A stretch of 64,000 nucleotides of DNA from positions 1,451,703-1,515,702 of the forward strand of contig OZ245933.1 in the NCBI GenBank assembly GCA_965229995.1, given 5' to 3'. The position numbers were made by a program, and so were the translations under genes. The DNA comes from Thermodesulfobacteriota bacterium. Its GTDB lineage: Bacteria; Desulfobacterota_D; UBA1144; Nemesobacterales; Nemesobacteraceae. This document shows positions 50,736 through 60,363 of this stretch, in pieces. Position 1 is the stretch's first letter. Each line of letters starts with the position of its first letter. Under the pieces are notes generated by a model. It searched no databases, was not told the DNA's origin, and was given only the letters and a program-made list of their open reading frames with translations.

Positions 50736-51869
50736 TCAGTCGATAATCCTTACTAGTTGACCAGGAAGCAGACCGAAGTTTCCCTCGGTTATAATTCTGG
50801 AATCTGGTGGAAGTGAATTAAAAGATATGTAAGCCGAGTTATCGTCAATCCAGGTGGGTGTCACTTTAACTTTGGAAACTTCTCCATTTTTCTCGACCAG
50901 CACGAAAGAAAAAGCTTCCTTATTGTCAAATAAAACGGCTGTTTTAGGAATCTTGACGACATTATCAAGTCTCTGCATCAATATTTTCACGGAAACTATT
51001 TCCCCGGGCCACCATTTTACCGAGGGATCGGATATGGCAATCTCGATATCGTAGGTACCCGAGAAATCATCAGAACCTGGACTTACGCCCTCAACTTCGC
51101 CCTTGACGGTTTCCACAATGCCATCTCTTGAGAGAAACACCTCCAGAACATCCCCCCGCTTGACGCCTCTAGCAACCAACACGTCCACACCAGCTATTAC
51201 TTTTCTGCCACTTAGGTTAACGACCCTCGCTACTACGTCCCCGTTTCTTATTTCCTGTCCGATGTCGGGAACGATTTCAACAACCTGACCCTGGATAGGG
51301 GAACGGATTTTGAGGTTGTCGTAATTCCACTTGGCCCTGTTGTAAGAAGCTTCAAGCGCTTTTACACTTGCCGAAGCGGTTTCAAACAGGTTGCGCGACG
51401 CTTCGGTCTCATCCTCAGATACTATTCCCTTCTCAAAAAGAGCCGTGTTCCTTCGGTACACTCTGTCGGCCTCGGCAAGCTTTCCCCTAACGGATTCAAG
51501 ATTGTACTTCGCCTCGTCAAGCCGCGTTTCCACACGGTAATCGTAGAGCTCCAGAATGATTCCGTCCTTCTCAATTTCTTGGCCCCGGCCGGAATCTATC
51601 CGCCTTACCCATCCCGAGACGGTCGTGCGGACCAAGACAGTCTGCTTGCCACGGACCCTTCCGAGAACTTCGGTGTAAATTGAACCTGAAGATGAAACAG
51701 GCGTCATTACCTTTATGGGCCTGTAGGTGCTCTCTTCTGAATGATAGTGCGCATTCGACTCCCTTTCGTAAAGAAACTTCGCATACAGAAAAACCAGAAC
51801 AAAAAGGAAACCCAAAAATATCAAAAGGAGAACCAACCAGCTTCTCTTTTCCCTGAACCAAGATCTCAT
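50736..51869 (-). CDS. RND efflux periplasmic adaptor (MFP) subunit
   Basis: N-terminal TM, V.G.V...G, alpha hairpin, I.SPI.G.V, IP..AV, IITEG...L.PG..V. Confidence 0.92.
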   Translation of the reverse strand: MRSWFREKRSWLVLLLIFLGFLFVLVFLYAKFLYERESNAHYHSEESTYRPIKVMTPVSSSGSIYTEVLGRVRGKQTVLVRTTVSGWVRRIDSGRGQEIEKDGIILELYDYRVETRLDEAKYNLESVRGKLAEADRVYRRNTALFEKGIVSEDETEASRNLFETASASVKALEASYNRAKWNYDNLKIRSPIQGQVVEIVPDIGQEIRNGDVVARVVNLSGRKVIAGVDVLVARGVKRGDVLEVFLSRDGIVETVKGEVEGVSPGSDDFSGTYDIEIAISDPSVKWWPGEIVSVKILMQRLDNVVKIPKTAVLFDNKEAFSFVLVEKNGEVSKVKVTPTWIDDNSAYISFNSLPPDSRIITEGNFGLLPGQLVRIID

Positions 51870-52007
51870 CTAGCTTTCCACCCAAAAATTCAAATAAAAC
51901 AAGATATTTATACAGTATCAAGAGTCCTAGGGTTTGGCAACAACGGATAAAATGATTGACTTTCAACCAAAATACTCCGATAATTTACTAAGAAATCCTT
52001 AAGGAGG

Positions 52008-52304
52008 ATGTTAGTGAACGAAAAACCATTAACAAAATCCCAGCTTTCAAGCAGCCTAGCAGAGAAGGCGGGAATAACAAAGGCGACGGCCAAAACCGTT
52101 ATTGACGCTATAGCGTCAATTGCATGTGAAGAAGTAAAATCAAAAGGAGAATTCACAATTCCCGGAGTCGGCAAACTGGTTATTAGCAATCGTAGCGCTA
52201 GAATGGGAAGAAATCCCGCTACCGGTGAAGCAATCAGCATACCGGCTAGAAAGGTATTGAAGTTCAGGGTGGCAAAAGCCTGCAAGGACTCTGTGCTGGG
52301 TTAA
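52008..52304 (+). CDS. HU/IHF family DNA-binding protein
   Basis: IPGVGK, ARMGRNPATGE.I.IPA. Start ATG 52008 or GTG 52014. Confidence 0.93.
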   Translation: MLVNEKPLTKSQLSSSLAEKAGITKATAKTVIDAIASIACEEVKSKGEFTIPGVGKLVISNRSARMGRNPATGEAISIPARKVLKFRVAKACKDSVLG

Positions 52305-52323
52305 AAGCGTCTCCCGACTTTGC

Positions 52324-53619
52324 TTAACTGATACCGCCTTTGAGCGACCAGTTGATGATTTCGACGGGATGTACAATCTTGGTTCCAGAGCCTGAGCCGA
52401 GTAACCCCTTGCGGATCTGTATCATGCATCCAGGGTTCCCGACAGCCAGATAATCGGCACCGGTTTTTTGTATTTCCCGCACCTTCCCAGAAAGAAGCTT
52501 GGCGGACATCTCCGGTTGTATCATATTATATATTCCGGCACTTCCGCAGCAGTGATCCGATCTTTGCATCTCAGTAAGCTTGAGCTCCGGGACGCTTTTC
52601 AGAAGTTCCCTTGGAGCAGATTTTATCCCTTGGCCGTGAACGATATGGCACGCGTCCTGATAAGTAACCCTTATATCAAGAGGGTGCAGTTGCGCCCCGA
52701 TTTCCATATCCGAAAGAAATTCCATGACATCTACGGTTTTCTCTGAGAGCCGCGCTGCAGCTTCGAAGTAAACCGGATCCCCCCGCAGAATCTCGACGTA
52801 CTCCTTCATGGTCGAACCGCATCCAGCGGAATTAACAACTATGGCATCTACATCCACGGCGGCGAAAAGATCCACGAGTCTTCTTGCGAACCTCCTTCCC
52901 TCCTCAAGCCTTCCAGAGTGAATGGAAAGGGCTCCGCAGCACCCCTGATTCTGTGGAACAAGAACTTCACAACCGCCTGCGCTAAGCACTTCGGCCGTAG
53001 CCCTGTTTATTTCGGGGAAAAAAACCCCCTGAACGCAGCCGCTCAGAAGAGCGACTCTCTTTTTTCTCTCTCCAAGTGCCGGATAAAAAGCCGTAAGAGT
53101 TTCCCCGAAAGCGGAGTTGACCTCGGGGAGCATATGGAACATAGAAGAAGCTGAGAGACTTACCCTGTCAAGAAGCCACGGCGGGAAAATTTTCTTAAGG
53201 CCAAGTGCTTTTACTAGGTAGACAAACGGCAGAAGAAACCTTAGCCTTCGCGGATAGGGAAAAATGCTGAAGATAAAAGCCCTTAGCATTTTCTCCCGCA
53301 GCCCCCTCTTGAATCTCCTTTCAATCTGACCCCTCGACATTTCTATCAGGCTTCGATACTTGACTCCTGAGGGACATGCGGTTTCACAGGCAAGGCACCC
53401 AAGACACAGGTCAAGATGTTTTACAAGCGAGGAACCCATCGGGATTCTCCCCTCTTCCGCGGCTTTTATCAGATGGATTCTTCCCCTGGGAGAGTCGAGT
53501 TCGTTTCCGGTTTCAAGATAGGTGGGGCAGGATGAAAGACAGAACCCGCAGTGAACGCAATCCTGTATTATCTTCCCACTCGGGCGGTCTGTATCGTCAA
53601 AAGCGGTCTCAAGCGACAT
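52324..53619 (-). CDS. glcF: Glycolate oxidase iron-sulfur subunit
   Basis: CVHCGFCLSSCP, CLGCLACETACPSGV and two CCG domains. Likely start ATG 53619. Confidence 0.9.
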   Translation of the reverse strand: MSLETAFDDTDRPSGKIIQDCVHCGFCLSSCPTYLETGNELDSPRGRIHLIKAAEEGRIPMGSSLVKHLDLCLGCLACETACPSGVKYRSLIEMSRGQIERRFKRGLREKMLRAFIFSIFPYPRRLRFLLPFVYLVKALGLKKIFPPWLLDRVSLSASSMFHMLPEVNSAFGETLTAFYPALGERKKRVALLSGCVQGVFFPEINRATAEVLSAGGCEVLVPQNQGCCGALSIHSGRLEEGRRFARRLVDLFAAVDVDAIVVNSAGCGSTMKEYVEILRGDPVYFEAAARLSEKTVDVMEFLSDMEIGAQLHPLDIRVTYQDACHIVHGQGIKSAPRELLKSVPELKLTEMQRSDHCCGSAGIYNMIQPEMSAKLLSGKVREIQKTGADYLAVGNPGCMIQIRKGLLGSGSGTKIVHPVEIINWSLKGGIS

Positions 53620-54403
53620 TCTTTCCCTCCACTCGCGAAGAAATCGAAAGATCGAAGGTTTCACCGCCCGCGTGGCAAAACGCTTCTTCAAGTTCCGATG
53701 TCGCGCCAAACGATTTTTTCTCAAGTTTTCTGCCCGATATGTTAAAACGAAGTAAGTCCCGTGAAAAAGGATTGGGGAAAACTGTATAGTTAAGCCCGTC
53801 TTCTGATAGCAGGGTTACTTCCGTCGTGTCTCCGAGGTAATTAATCGGAACATCCGGAATCGTGACTGATCTTGTTCCGTGGCAGAAAGCAAGCGATATT
53901 ATGTCACTCACCTGAAGAAACCTGACATTGGTCCGGATATCAGCAGGAAGATATTCGTTCGGGCTTCCTTCTCCAGTCCTGATTCCAAGGCTTTGGCGCA
54001 GAAGTTCTCTGATTTTCTTTCTAAGCGAAACGGCAGCTTCGTTGGCCGGATCTCTGTATATGGTTCTGTCGTTAAGTTCGGAGAAGTGAAGCGCTATAAG
54101 CGCGCAGGCGTATGGATGCTCGCCGAGATGTCTCTCGAAACACTCGGACCAGATCTCAAACTGGCTCTCGGCCCGCATCTCCATAAAGTTTCTTGGATAG
54201 CCGTTTTCCAGGTTGAGTTCAGCCATGGTATCCGTTTTCTCCCATCCGCAGTCATGTTCCCTTATCGCCAGCATCACCTCATCTCTGGGAGTGATGCTTT
54301 CAAAATCCTCATTGCCCCAGAAATTCATTATTCTAGAAGAAAGAAAAGCATGGCTTGGCTGCGTTATGAGTGTCCATCCCTCGCCAGATTCTCTTCTTAT
54401 CAT
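53609..54403 (-). CDS. DUF3891 family protein
   Basis: MIRRE...LITQP.HA.LS...WGN, AI.EHD.GW, D..SL..C. Confidence 0.8.
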   Translation of the reverse strand: MIRRESGEGWTLITQPSHAFLSSRIMNFWGNEDFESITPRDEVMLAIREHDCGWEKTDTMAELNLENGYPRNFMEMRAESQFEIWSECFERHLGEHPYACALIALHFSELNDRTIYRDPANEAAVSLRKKIRELLRQSLGIRTGEGSPNEYLPADIRTNVRFLQVSDIISLAFCHGTRSVTIPDVPINYLGDTTEVTLLSEDGLNYTVFPNPFSRDLLRFNISGRKLEKKSFGATSELEEAFCHAGGETFDLSISSRVEGKNVA

Positions 54404-54414
54404 AATCAGTATCC

Positions 54415-55770
54415 TCAGTCCGCGTCGAGTATTTTTTCGCCGGGCAGTATGTCCCCGGGATCAAAACGCCGTTTAATGTTTTTCATAAGCAAAAGCACCT
54501 CTCCGAAATCTCCCCACGCTTTTACCCTCTCCCTGAGTTCGTGGCGGATTCCCGAAAACATGATACGGCCCCCGAGCGAATCGGCAAGATTTTCGAGAGA
54601 ACGCGCTGCACCGACCGCCCCGTCACTCTCGCCGCTTACAGAAACAAGCGCAACCCCTCTGGCAGGCCTTGAAAGACATCGCACCGTGACTCCCGAGAGC
54701 GCCGGATTACTCTCAATATCAGAAAGAACCTCTATTGAGCCCGTGACGGGAAGAGTGAGCTTGGAGGAAAAACTCGCCTCGGGCGAAAACGGAAACTCCC
54801 TTACCGCATCCCATAAGTTCTGCGAATGCTCATCGTCCATTTCAACAAAGGCAGCAGACTCACCTGAGGTTATTTCCCTTACCTGTTTTATTTGGTCGAC
54901 TACGGCATCTTCGAAACTGTCGAACCGAAGCAGGATGCTCCTTTTCGCCCCCTGTGCCACTTCAAGCTCAGAAGAGAGTTTTTCATCCAGTATTTCAAAG
55001 CATGTGGGAACAATATCCGCAGCAAGTATCGCCCGGGCAGCCCGGGAACAGGAAACATGCTCGTCGAAACTCAGGACAACAGTCCTAGAGAATGGCTGTC
55101 GGGGATAGAGCCTGAAAGTCGCTTCTACCAAAACGCACAAGGTTCCGAGCGAACCTACCATAAGTTTAGGAATATCGTAGCCCGCTACGTTTTTAACTAC
55201 CTTTCCTCCTAAATTTATGATCTCACCGTCGGCCCTTACGGCTTTGACTCCGAGGATAAGTTCCCTGCAGGTACCGTATCTGGTGCTCAGGGGGCCGCAA
55301 AGGTTTGACGAAACCAGCCCTCCCACAGTCGCCCCGGAGTTAAGGCGGGGCGGGTCCACGGGAAAAAGCTGGTTCTCGCATCCAACCACTTTCTGAAACT
55401 CCCTGACCTCCATGCCGCACTCAACCGTGGAAACCATATCGGAAGGTTCGTGAAACAGAACCCTGCAAAGACGCTTGAGCGAAAGCGCCACTCCGACCGT
55501 CCTGACAGGGTTACCGAGAAAAAGTTTAGTGCCTCCCGCAAAAGGAAAAACACGGATGCTCTTTTGCGAAGCAAACCTCAGGATCCGGGACACCTCCTCG
55601 ACGGTTTCAGGATAGAGAACTATTTCGGGAGTGAACCCGAATTCCGGAACGCTTCGATCCGCGTCTCCAGAACCTGGAACATAGAAACTTGAAACCATCT
55701 TGGAAAATTCTGCTACGTAAGACATCTTTTTAACGAACGGGCCATGAAACCGAGAACACGGCCCTAGCAC
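54415..55770 (-). CDS. glcE: Glycolate oxidase FAD-binding subunit
   Basis: GGTK, ATVGG, GGKVVKNVAGYD..KL..GSLGTL, K.RFDP. Start uncertain. Confidence 0.88.
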   Translation of the reverse strand: MLGPCSRFHGPFVKKMSYVAEFSKMVSSFYVPGSGDADRSVPEFGFTPEIVLYPETVEEVSRILRFASQKSIRVFPFAGGTKLFLGNPVRTVGVALSLKRLCRVLFHEPSDMVSTVECGMEVREFQKVVGCENQLFPVDPPRLNSGATVGGLVSSNLCGPLSTRYGTCRELILGVKAVRADGEIINLGGKVVKNVAGYDIPKLMVGSLGTLCVLVEATFRLYPRQPFSRTVVLSFDEHVSCSRAARAILAADIVPTCFEILDEKLSSELEVAQGAKRSILLRFDSFEDAVVDQIKQVREITSGESAAFVEMDDEHSQNLWDAVREFPFSPEASFSSKLTLPVTGSIEVLSDIESNPALSGVTVRCLSRPARGVALVSVSGESDGAVGAARSLENLADSLGGRIMFSGIRHELRERVKAWGDFGEVLLLMKNIKRRFDPGDILPGEKILDAD

Positions 55771-55772
55771 AA

Positions 55773-57260
55773 TTAGAAAAGCTCCCCCATTTCCTTTGTT
55801 GGAGGAGCTTGGGAGCCCTGTTTTCGCATCCCGGGCTCAACACACGTTCTCGGCGTCGGAAATACTTTGCCGGGATTGCAGAGCCCCTCCTCGTCAAAAG
55901 CGCACCGCACGAAATTCATCGTATCTATTTCCTGTTCGCTGAACATAAGCGGAAGGAATCTCTTTTTGTCAAACCCGACGCCGTGCTCTCCGGTAATGCT
56001 CCCGCCGACGTCAACGCATATCCTGAGAATTTCTCCGGAAAGCTCCTCGGCTTTCTCTGATTCTCCCTCAACTTCGGGATCATAGAGCACAAGCGGATGC
56101 AGATTCCCGTCTCCCGCGTGAAAGACGTTCGCGACTCGAAGACCGTACCGTTTACCCAGTTCCCCTATCTCTCCAAGTACCCTGGCCAAGCTGCTCCTAG
56201 GTATTACGCCATCCTGAACATAGTATCCAGGACTTATTTTCCCCATTGCGGCAAACGCGCTTTTACGCCCCTTCCAAAAAAGCTGGCGCTCGCTTTCATC
56301 CGCCGCCAGCTTTATTTCAATCGCGCCGTTTTCCCGAAGTATCCCGGTTACAGCAGGAACCTGAGCGTTAACTTCTACCCCGGGCCCGTCAAGCTCCACG
56401 AGAAGAATCGCCCCGGCGTCCCTTGGGTATCCAGCGCCCACAGTTGATTCGACAGCGTTTATGCTGAGATTGTCCATGATCTCCATTCCCGCGGGAATCA
56501 CCCCGGAAGAAATAATCGCAGAGACCGACGCTCCGGCATCTTCGATTCTCTCAAATGAAGCAAGAAGAGTTTTAACCACTTGGGGTTTTTTGATTATCCT
56601 CAAAAAGACTTTGGTGACAATCCCCAAAAGTCCTTCGCTTCCAACCACGAGCGAGAGAAGGTCGTACCCGAGATTCTCCGGGGTCATGCCCCCGAGCGTA
56701 ATCACATCACCGTCGGGAAGAACCATCTCCACTCCGAGCACGTGGTTGGTCGTGACTCCGTACTTAAGACAATGCACTCCTCCCGAGTTTTCTGCGACGT
56801 TGCCTCCTATGGTGCACACGATCTGGCTTGAAGGATCGGGGGCGTAATAAAACCCCTCGGCGCTTACAGCCTCGGTCACAGAAATATTCACCACTCCGGG
56901 CTCGACCACTACGACGCGGTTAGGGATATCCACATCGAGAATCCTGTTCATTCTTGAAAGCGCTATCACTATTCCCTCACGGTTCGGAAGAGCGCCTCCG
57001 GAGAGCCCGGTTCCCGCTCCTCTCGGAACGAAAGGGATTTTCTCCCGACTGCAAAGCTTTACTACCCGGGAAACCTCATCTACACTTGAAGGCAGAACGA
57101 CGAGAACAGGCTTTACCCTGTATCCAGTAAGCCCGTCGCTTTCATAGGCAATCAGTTCATCTTCGGCGGAGATAACCGCTTCTGTGCCCAGTATTGCTAC
57201 GAGTTCCGAAGCGATACGGGATTTCCATCTTCTGGTTCTTTTTGCGGCTTGTGAACTCAT
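55773..57260 (-). CDS. glcD: Glycolate oxidase subunit GlcD
   Basis: RGAGTGLSGG, PDPSSQ.VCTIGGN, HAGDGNLHP, GEHGVG. Likely start ATG 57260. Confidence 0.92.
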   Translation of the reverse strand: MSSQAAKRTRRWKSRIASELVAILGTEAVISAEDELIAYESDGLTGYRVKPVLVVLPSSVDEVSRVVKLCSREKIPFVPRGAGTGLSGGALPNREGIVIALSRMNRILDVDIPNRVVVVEPGVVNISVTEAVSAEGFYYAPDPSSQIVCTIGGNVAENSGGVHCLKYGVTTNHVLGVEMVLPDGDVITLGGMTPENLGYDLLSLVVGSEGLLGIVTKVFLRIIKKPQVVKTLLASFERIEDAGASVSAIISSGVIPAGMEIMDNLSINAVESTVGAGYPRDAGAILLVELDGPGVEVNAQVPAVTGILRENGAIEIKLAADESERQLFWKGRKSAFAAMGKISPGYYVQDGVIPRSSLARVLGEIGELGKRYGLRVANVFHAGDGNLHPLVLYDPEVEGESEKAEELSGEILRICVDVGGSITGEHGVGFDKKRFLPLMFSEQEIDTMNFVRCAFDEEGLCNPGKVFPTPRTCVEPGMRKQGSQAPPTKEMGELF

Positions 57261-57302
57261 CGTTAGACTTATAGTATATCGCAATCTGGCAAACGCTAAA
57301 AA

Positions 57303-57920
57303 TTGACTGAGATTATAAAAGAAAACAATCCGCTCGTATTCGACAAAATATCCGAGTGCCTTACAGGCGGAGGGGTGATCATATACCCGACCGAGACGCT
57401 CTACGGGATAGGATGTCTTGCGTTTAACCAAGAGGCCTGCCGGAGAATAGTAAAGATAAAACGAAGATCCGAAGAGAAGGGGCTTATAGCTCTCGTAAGT
57501 GATAAAGAGATGCTGGACCGCCACTTCCATGTTCCAGCCGAGCTGCTCGAAAGATACTCCCGAAGCCAAAAACCCCTCACGCTTATACTGCATTCGAAAT
57601 CCGCCTTCCCCGAAGAGGTCTCAGGAGGCAGAAATTCCGTCGCAGTAAGAATCTCCACATCCCCCTTCGTAAAAGAGGTTCTTCGTCGCGTGGGTGAACC
57701 TATAACATCTACGAGCGCTAACATAAGCGGCAGGGGCAACTCCAATCGATTCATCGATATTCGCAGGGATTTCCCAAGCGGAATTGATGTTATCGTGGAT
57801 TCTGGTACCCTTCCATCCTCGACGGGTTCCGCAATAGTGAATCTAACAACCTTGTCACCCGAGATTATCAGAGAAGGTGACCTTTCCGTAACCGAGATAG
57901 AGAAGATTCTTTATGGCTGA
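57303..57920 (+). CDS. tsaC: L-threonylcarbamoyladenylate synthase (TsaC/YrdC)
   Basis: YPTETLYG, IK.R, VAVR, STSANISG. Confidence 0.92.
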   Translation: MTEIIKENNPLVFDKISECLTGGGVIIYPTETLYGIGCLAFNQEACRRIVKIKRRSEEKGLIALVSDKEMLDRHFHVPAELLERYSRSQKPLTLILHSKSAFPEEVSGGRNSVAVRISTSPFVKEVLRRVGEPITSTSANISGRGNSNRFIDIRRDFPSGIDVIVDSGTLPSSTGSAIVNLTTLSPEIIREGDLSVTEIEKILYG

Positions 57921-59124
57921 GATAGAACCTCTTAGAGGTATAAGATATAACGAAGAAGCGGTCGAGGATTTCGCAAAAGTCATTGCTCCTCCCTATGACG
58001 TCATAAGTCCGCGGCAACGCAAGGAACTCTACGCAAAAAGTCCTTTTAACGCCGTGAGGATTGAGTTGCCCGACGGAGAGGGCAAACAGCGTTACATAAA
58101 CGCGAAAGAAACCTATTCGAAGTGGCTCCAGGACAAGGTACTTATAAGGGACGACGAGCCGTCAATCTATCCTTATTATCAGGATTTCGAGTTTGAAGGA
58201 CAGCGCTACACAAGAAAAGGGTTTATAGCGAACCTAAAAGTTGAAGACTTCGACAAAAAAATTATCCTGCCTCATGAACAGACTTTCAGAAAACACAAGG
58301 AAGACCGCCTGGCACTCACAATCGCCTGTAACTCTAACCTGAGCCAGATTTTCTGCGTTTACCCAGACGCTTCAGGAGAGATCGAGGAAAACATAGACGA
58401 GAATATCGGGGAACCCCTTGTGGACGTTACGTTCGAAGAGGGAATAAGAAACACTCTTTGGAAGATATCCGACCCGAAAATCATACAACACATAAAAAGC
58501 CACCTAGCAGACAAGTCTATCCTGATCGCAGACGGTCACCACCGTTATGAAACCTCGATAAACTTCAGAAACCTTAAGAGAAAGGAGACTGGAAAAAATT
58601 CAGGACCGATGCCCTGGGACTACGTAATGACCTATCTCTCGCGGGGAGAAGGCCAGGGACTGGTAATCAACCCCACCCACAGAATGGCAAGAAACGTCGG
58701 AGGAAACCTGATTGATAATCTGCGGGAAGATTTTGAACTCGAGAGAATTTCGCTTGAGCATTCACTTGATCTTGGCCCGGACCAGATATCCGTTGTAACC
58801 AAAGATCCCGGGAGAACTTTCAGGGTTACCCCCAAGACAAAACGTGAAAAAGACTACAAGAACCTCGCCGTGATAATTCTTCACAATCAGGTATTCGGAA
58901 AACTGATAGAAGAAAACAATGCGGGTGTACAATACTCCAAGTTCCCGGAAGAAGTATTCGAGAACGTGCACAACGGCGAGTTTGAGGCCGGATTTCTTCT
59001 TCCTAAACTAAAATCAGAAGACATATTCAAAGTGGTTCTCGACGGAACCAAGATGCCTCACAAGACCTCCTACTTCTATCCGAAAATTCTCTCCGGACTC
59101 GTATTCAGCCCTCTCTGGCGTTAA
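57913..59124 (+). CDS. DUF1015 family protein
   Basis: APPYDVI, LPHE.T, IADGHHRYE, PTHR, MP.K.SYFYPK..SGL. Confidence 0.9.
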   Translation: MAEIEPLRGIRYNEEAVEDFAKVIAPPYDVISPRQRKELYAKSPFNAVRIELPDGEGKQRYINAKETYSKWLQDKVLIRDDEPSIYPYYQDFEFEGQRYTRKGFIANLKVEDFDKKIILPHEQTFRKHKEDRLALTIACNSNLSQIFCVYPDASGEIEENIDENIGEPLVDVTFEEGIRNTLWKISDPKIIQHIKSHLADKSILIADGHHRYETSINFRNLKRKETGKNSGPMPWDYVMTYLSRGEGQGLVINPTHRMARNVGGNLIDNLREDFELERISLEHSLDLGPDQISVVTKDPGRTFRVTPKTKREKDYKNLAVIILHNQVFGKLIEENNAGVQYSKFPEEVFENVHNGEFEAGFLLPKLKSEDIFKVVLDGTKMPHKTSYFYPKILSGLVFSPLWR

Positions 59125-59266
59125 AGATTTAGAAAAAGGGCCGTATATTTTCAGAGTCACGCACTTCCTTAAGACCACTCCTCGCGACATCACGCTTACG
59201 CTTCGCTAATCCTTCGCCACCATTAAGGCTGAATAGAAAACTCTCTCCTCCCAGCTGACCAGGCAC

Positions 59267-59315
59267 AAAAAAAAAGGGGGGAAGGATAACCGTTTCCGGC
59301 TTCCCTCCCCCCTTC
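59267..59315 (-). terminator. Rho-independent terminator of the ADC-like operon
   Basis: Minus strand GAAGGGGGGAGGGAAGCCG-GAAA-CGGTTATCCTTCCCCCC followed by T9. Confidence 0.85.
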
Positions 59316-59361
59316 AACTATCACAAGCTTTACGTCTACTGACGCAAGCTCATCTTTGTCA

Positions 59362-60333
59362 TTAGCCCTGGCTATACTGCGGCAGCAGGAACCTGTGACG
59401 CATCGTGTACACAAACGGTGTGGAGTAGACTACATGACTAAAGTCCTCAGTCGTCCTCTCTACCGTCCTTGTCCAGATCGTCTCCGCCGGCGGTATGATC
59501 AGGTTGAACGTGAAGCTTATCAACCCTACTACCTCCATTGCTGGTATCTGTCCACCCATATAGTCAAACGGTGTGCCTGACATGAACCACGAACGTACAT
59601 CCTCTGTTACTGCGGTCCTTACACTATCAGGATTCAGCTGGAACCTGTGCCCAGTCCCAAATCCCGGAGGAAGATCCGAAGGAAGATACGTTACTTCATG
59701 GATACTGGTCGTTACATCCGGCCTCGTTATTATCCTGTAGTTCATACGTCCCCAATCGGTCTTGCCGTAAAATGTCGGCCTCGCCGATAGCGGCCTGTCA
59801 GAATAACGCCCATTCGCTGTGTGCAGTATATAACCTCTGCGCTCCATCAGATGATTGAAGTAGTTGTTGTTGGTACCATGCTCATACCCGGCGATGTAAG
59901 CAGCCTTCTTCGGAAATCCGAAGGGCTCTTTACCCGCGAATATCGGTGAGTCGTTTGACAGATACATGTACGGATAATATCCCGCCCTGTATATATGACC
60001 ACTCCCGTCATCCACTGTTGCCGAGAACGTTACGCCCATCTCCATGTATGGACCTAACATCGTGTTCTTGTGTATTACGTACCAAAACTCTATTACATCA
60101 TCCTGAACCTCGATCGGCTCCGGTACCACCGCTTTCATAGCATTGATGTCTGCCCTTATCACATAGGCCATCCACCTGCTGTCTGTATACGTCAGCGGTA
60201 TGATATCGTAGTCGAACACCGGGTCCGCTACGCCCTGACTGATGATATGGATCCTGTCCCTGTCCAATGGTAATGGTGGAACTTCTCCCTCATCCAACCA
60301 AGGATAACTGTACTCATTTGCTTGTAATCCCAT
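59362..60333 (-). CDS. Acetoacetate decarboxylase (ADC)-fold protein, paralog 2
   Basis: VVPEP, GPYMEMG, YMYL, AGKEPFGFPKK (Schiff-base Lys motif). RBS AAGGAGGT. Confidence 0.8.
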   Translation of the reverse strand: MGLQANEYSYPWLDEGEVPPLPLDRDRIHIISQGVADPVFDYDIIPLTYTDSRWMAYVIRADINAMKAVVPEPIEVQDDVIEFWYVIHKNTMLGPYMEMGVTFSATVDDGSGHIYRAGYYPYMYLSNDSPIFAGKEPFGFPKKAAYIAGYEHGTNNNYFNHLMERRGYILHTANGRYSDRPLSARPTFYGKTDWGRMNYRIITRPDVTTSIHEVTYLPSDLPPGFGTGHRFQLNPDSVRTAVTEDVRSWFMSGTPFDYMGGQIPAMEVVGLISFTFNLIIPPAETIWTRTVERTTEDFSHVVYSTPFVYTMRHRFLLPQYSQG

Positions 60334-60363
60334 TATGGTTTTACCTCCTTAACTTTCTTTACC

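Noticed and set aside
53879-55108. 409-aa plus-strand ORF
   Set aside because: Antisense shadow of glcE and DUF3891. Ser/Arg-rich with no motifs.
57261-57593. Long N-terminal extension of glcD in the ORF track
   Set aside because: Overlaps the divergent tsaC. GlcD similarity begins after ATG 57260.
59130-59260. Possible structured RNA between DUF1015 and the ADC terminator
   Set aside because: Only short stems (CCTTAA/TTAAGG, GCGA/TCGC). No promoter or family signature.
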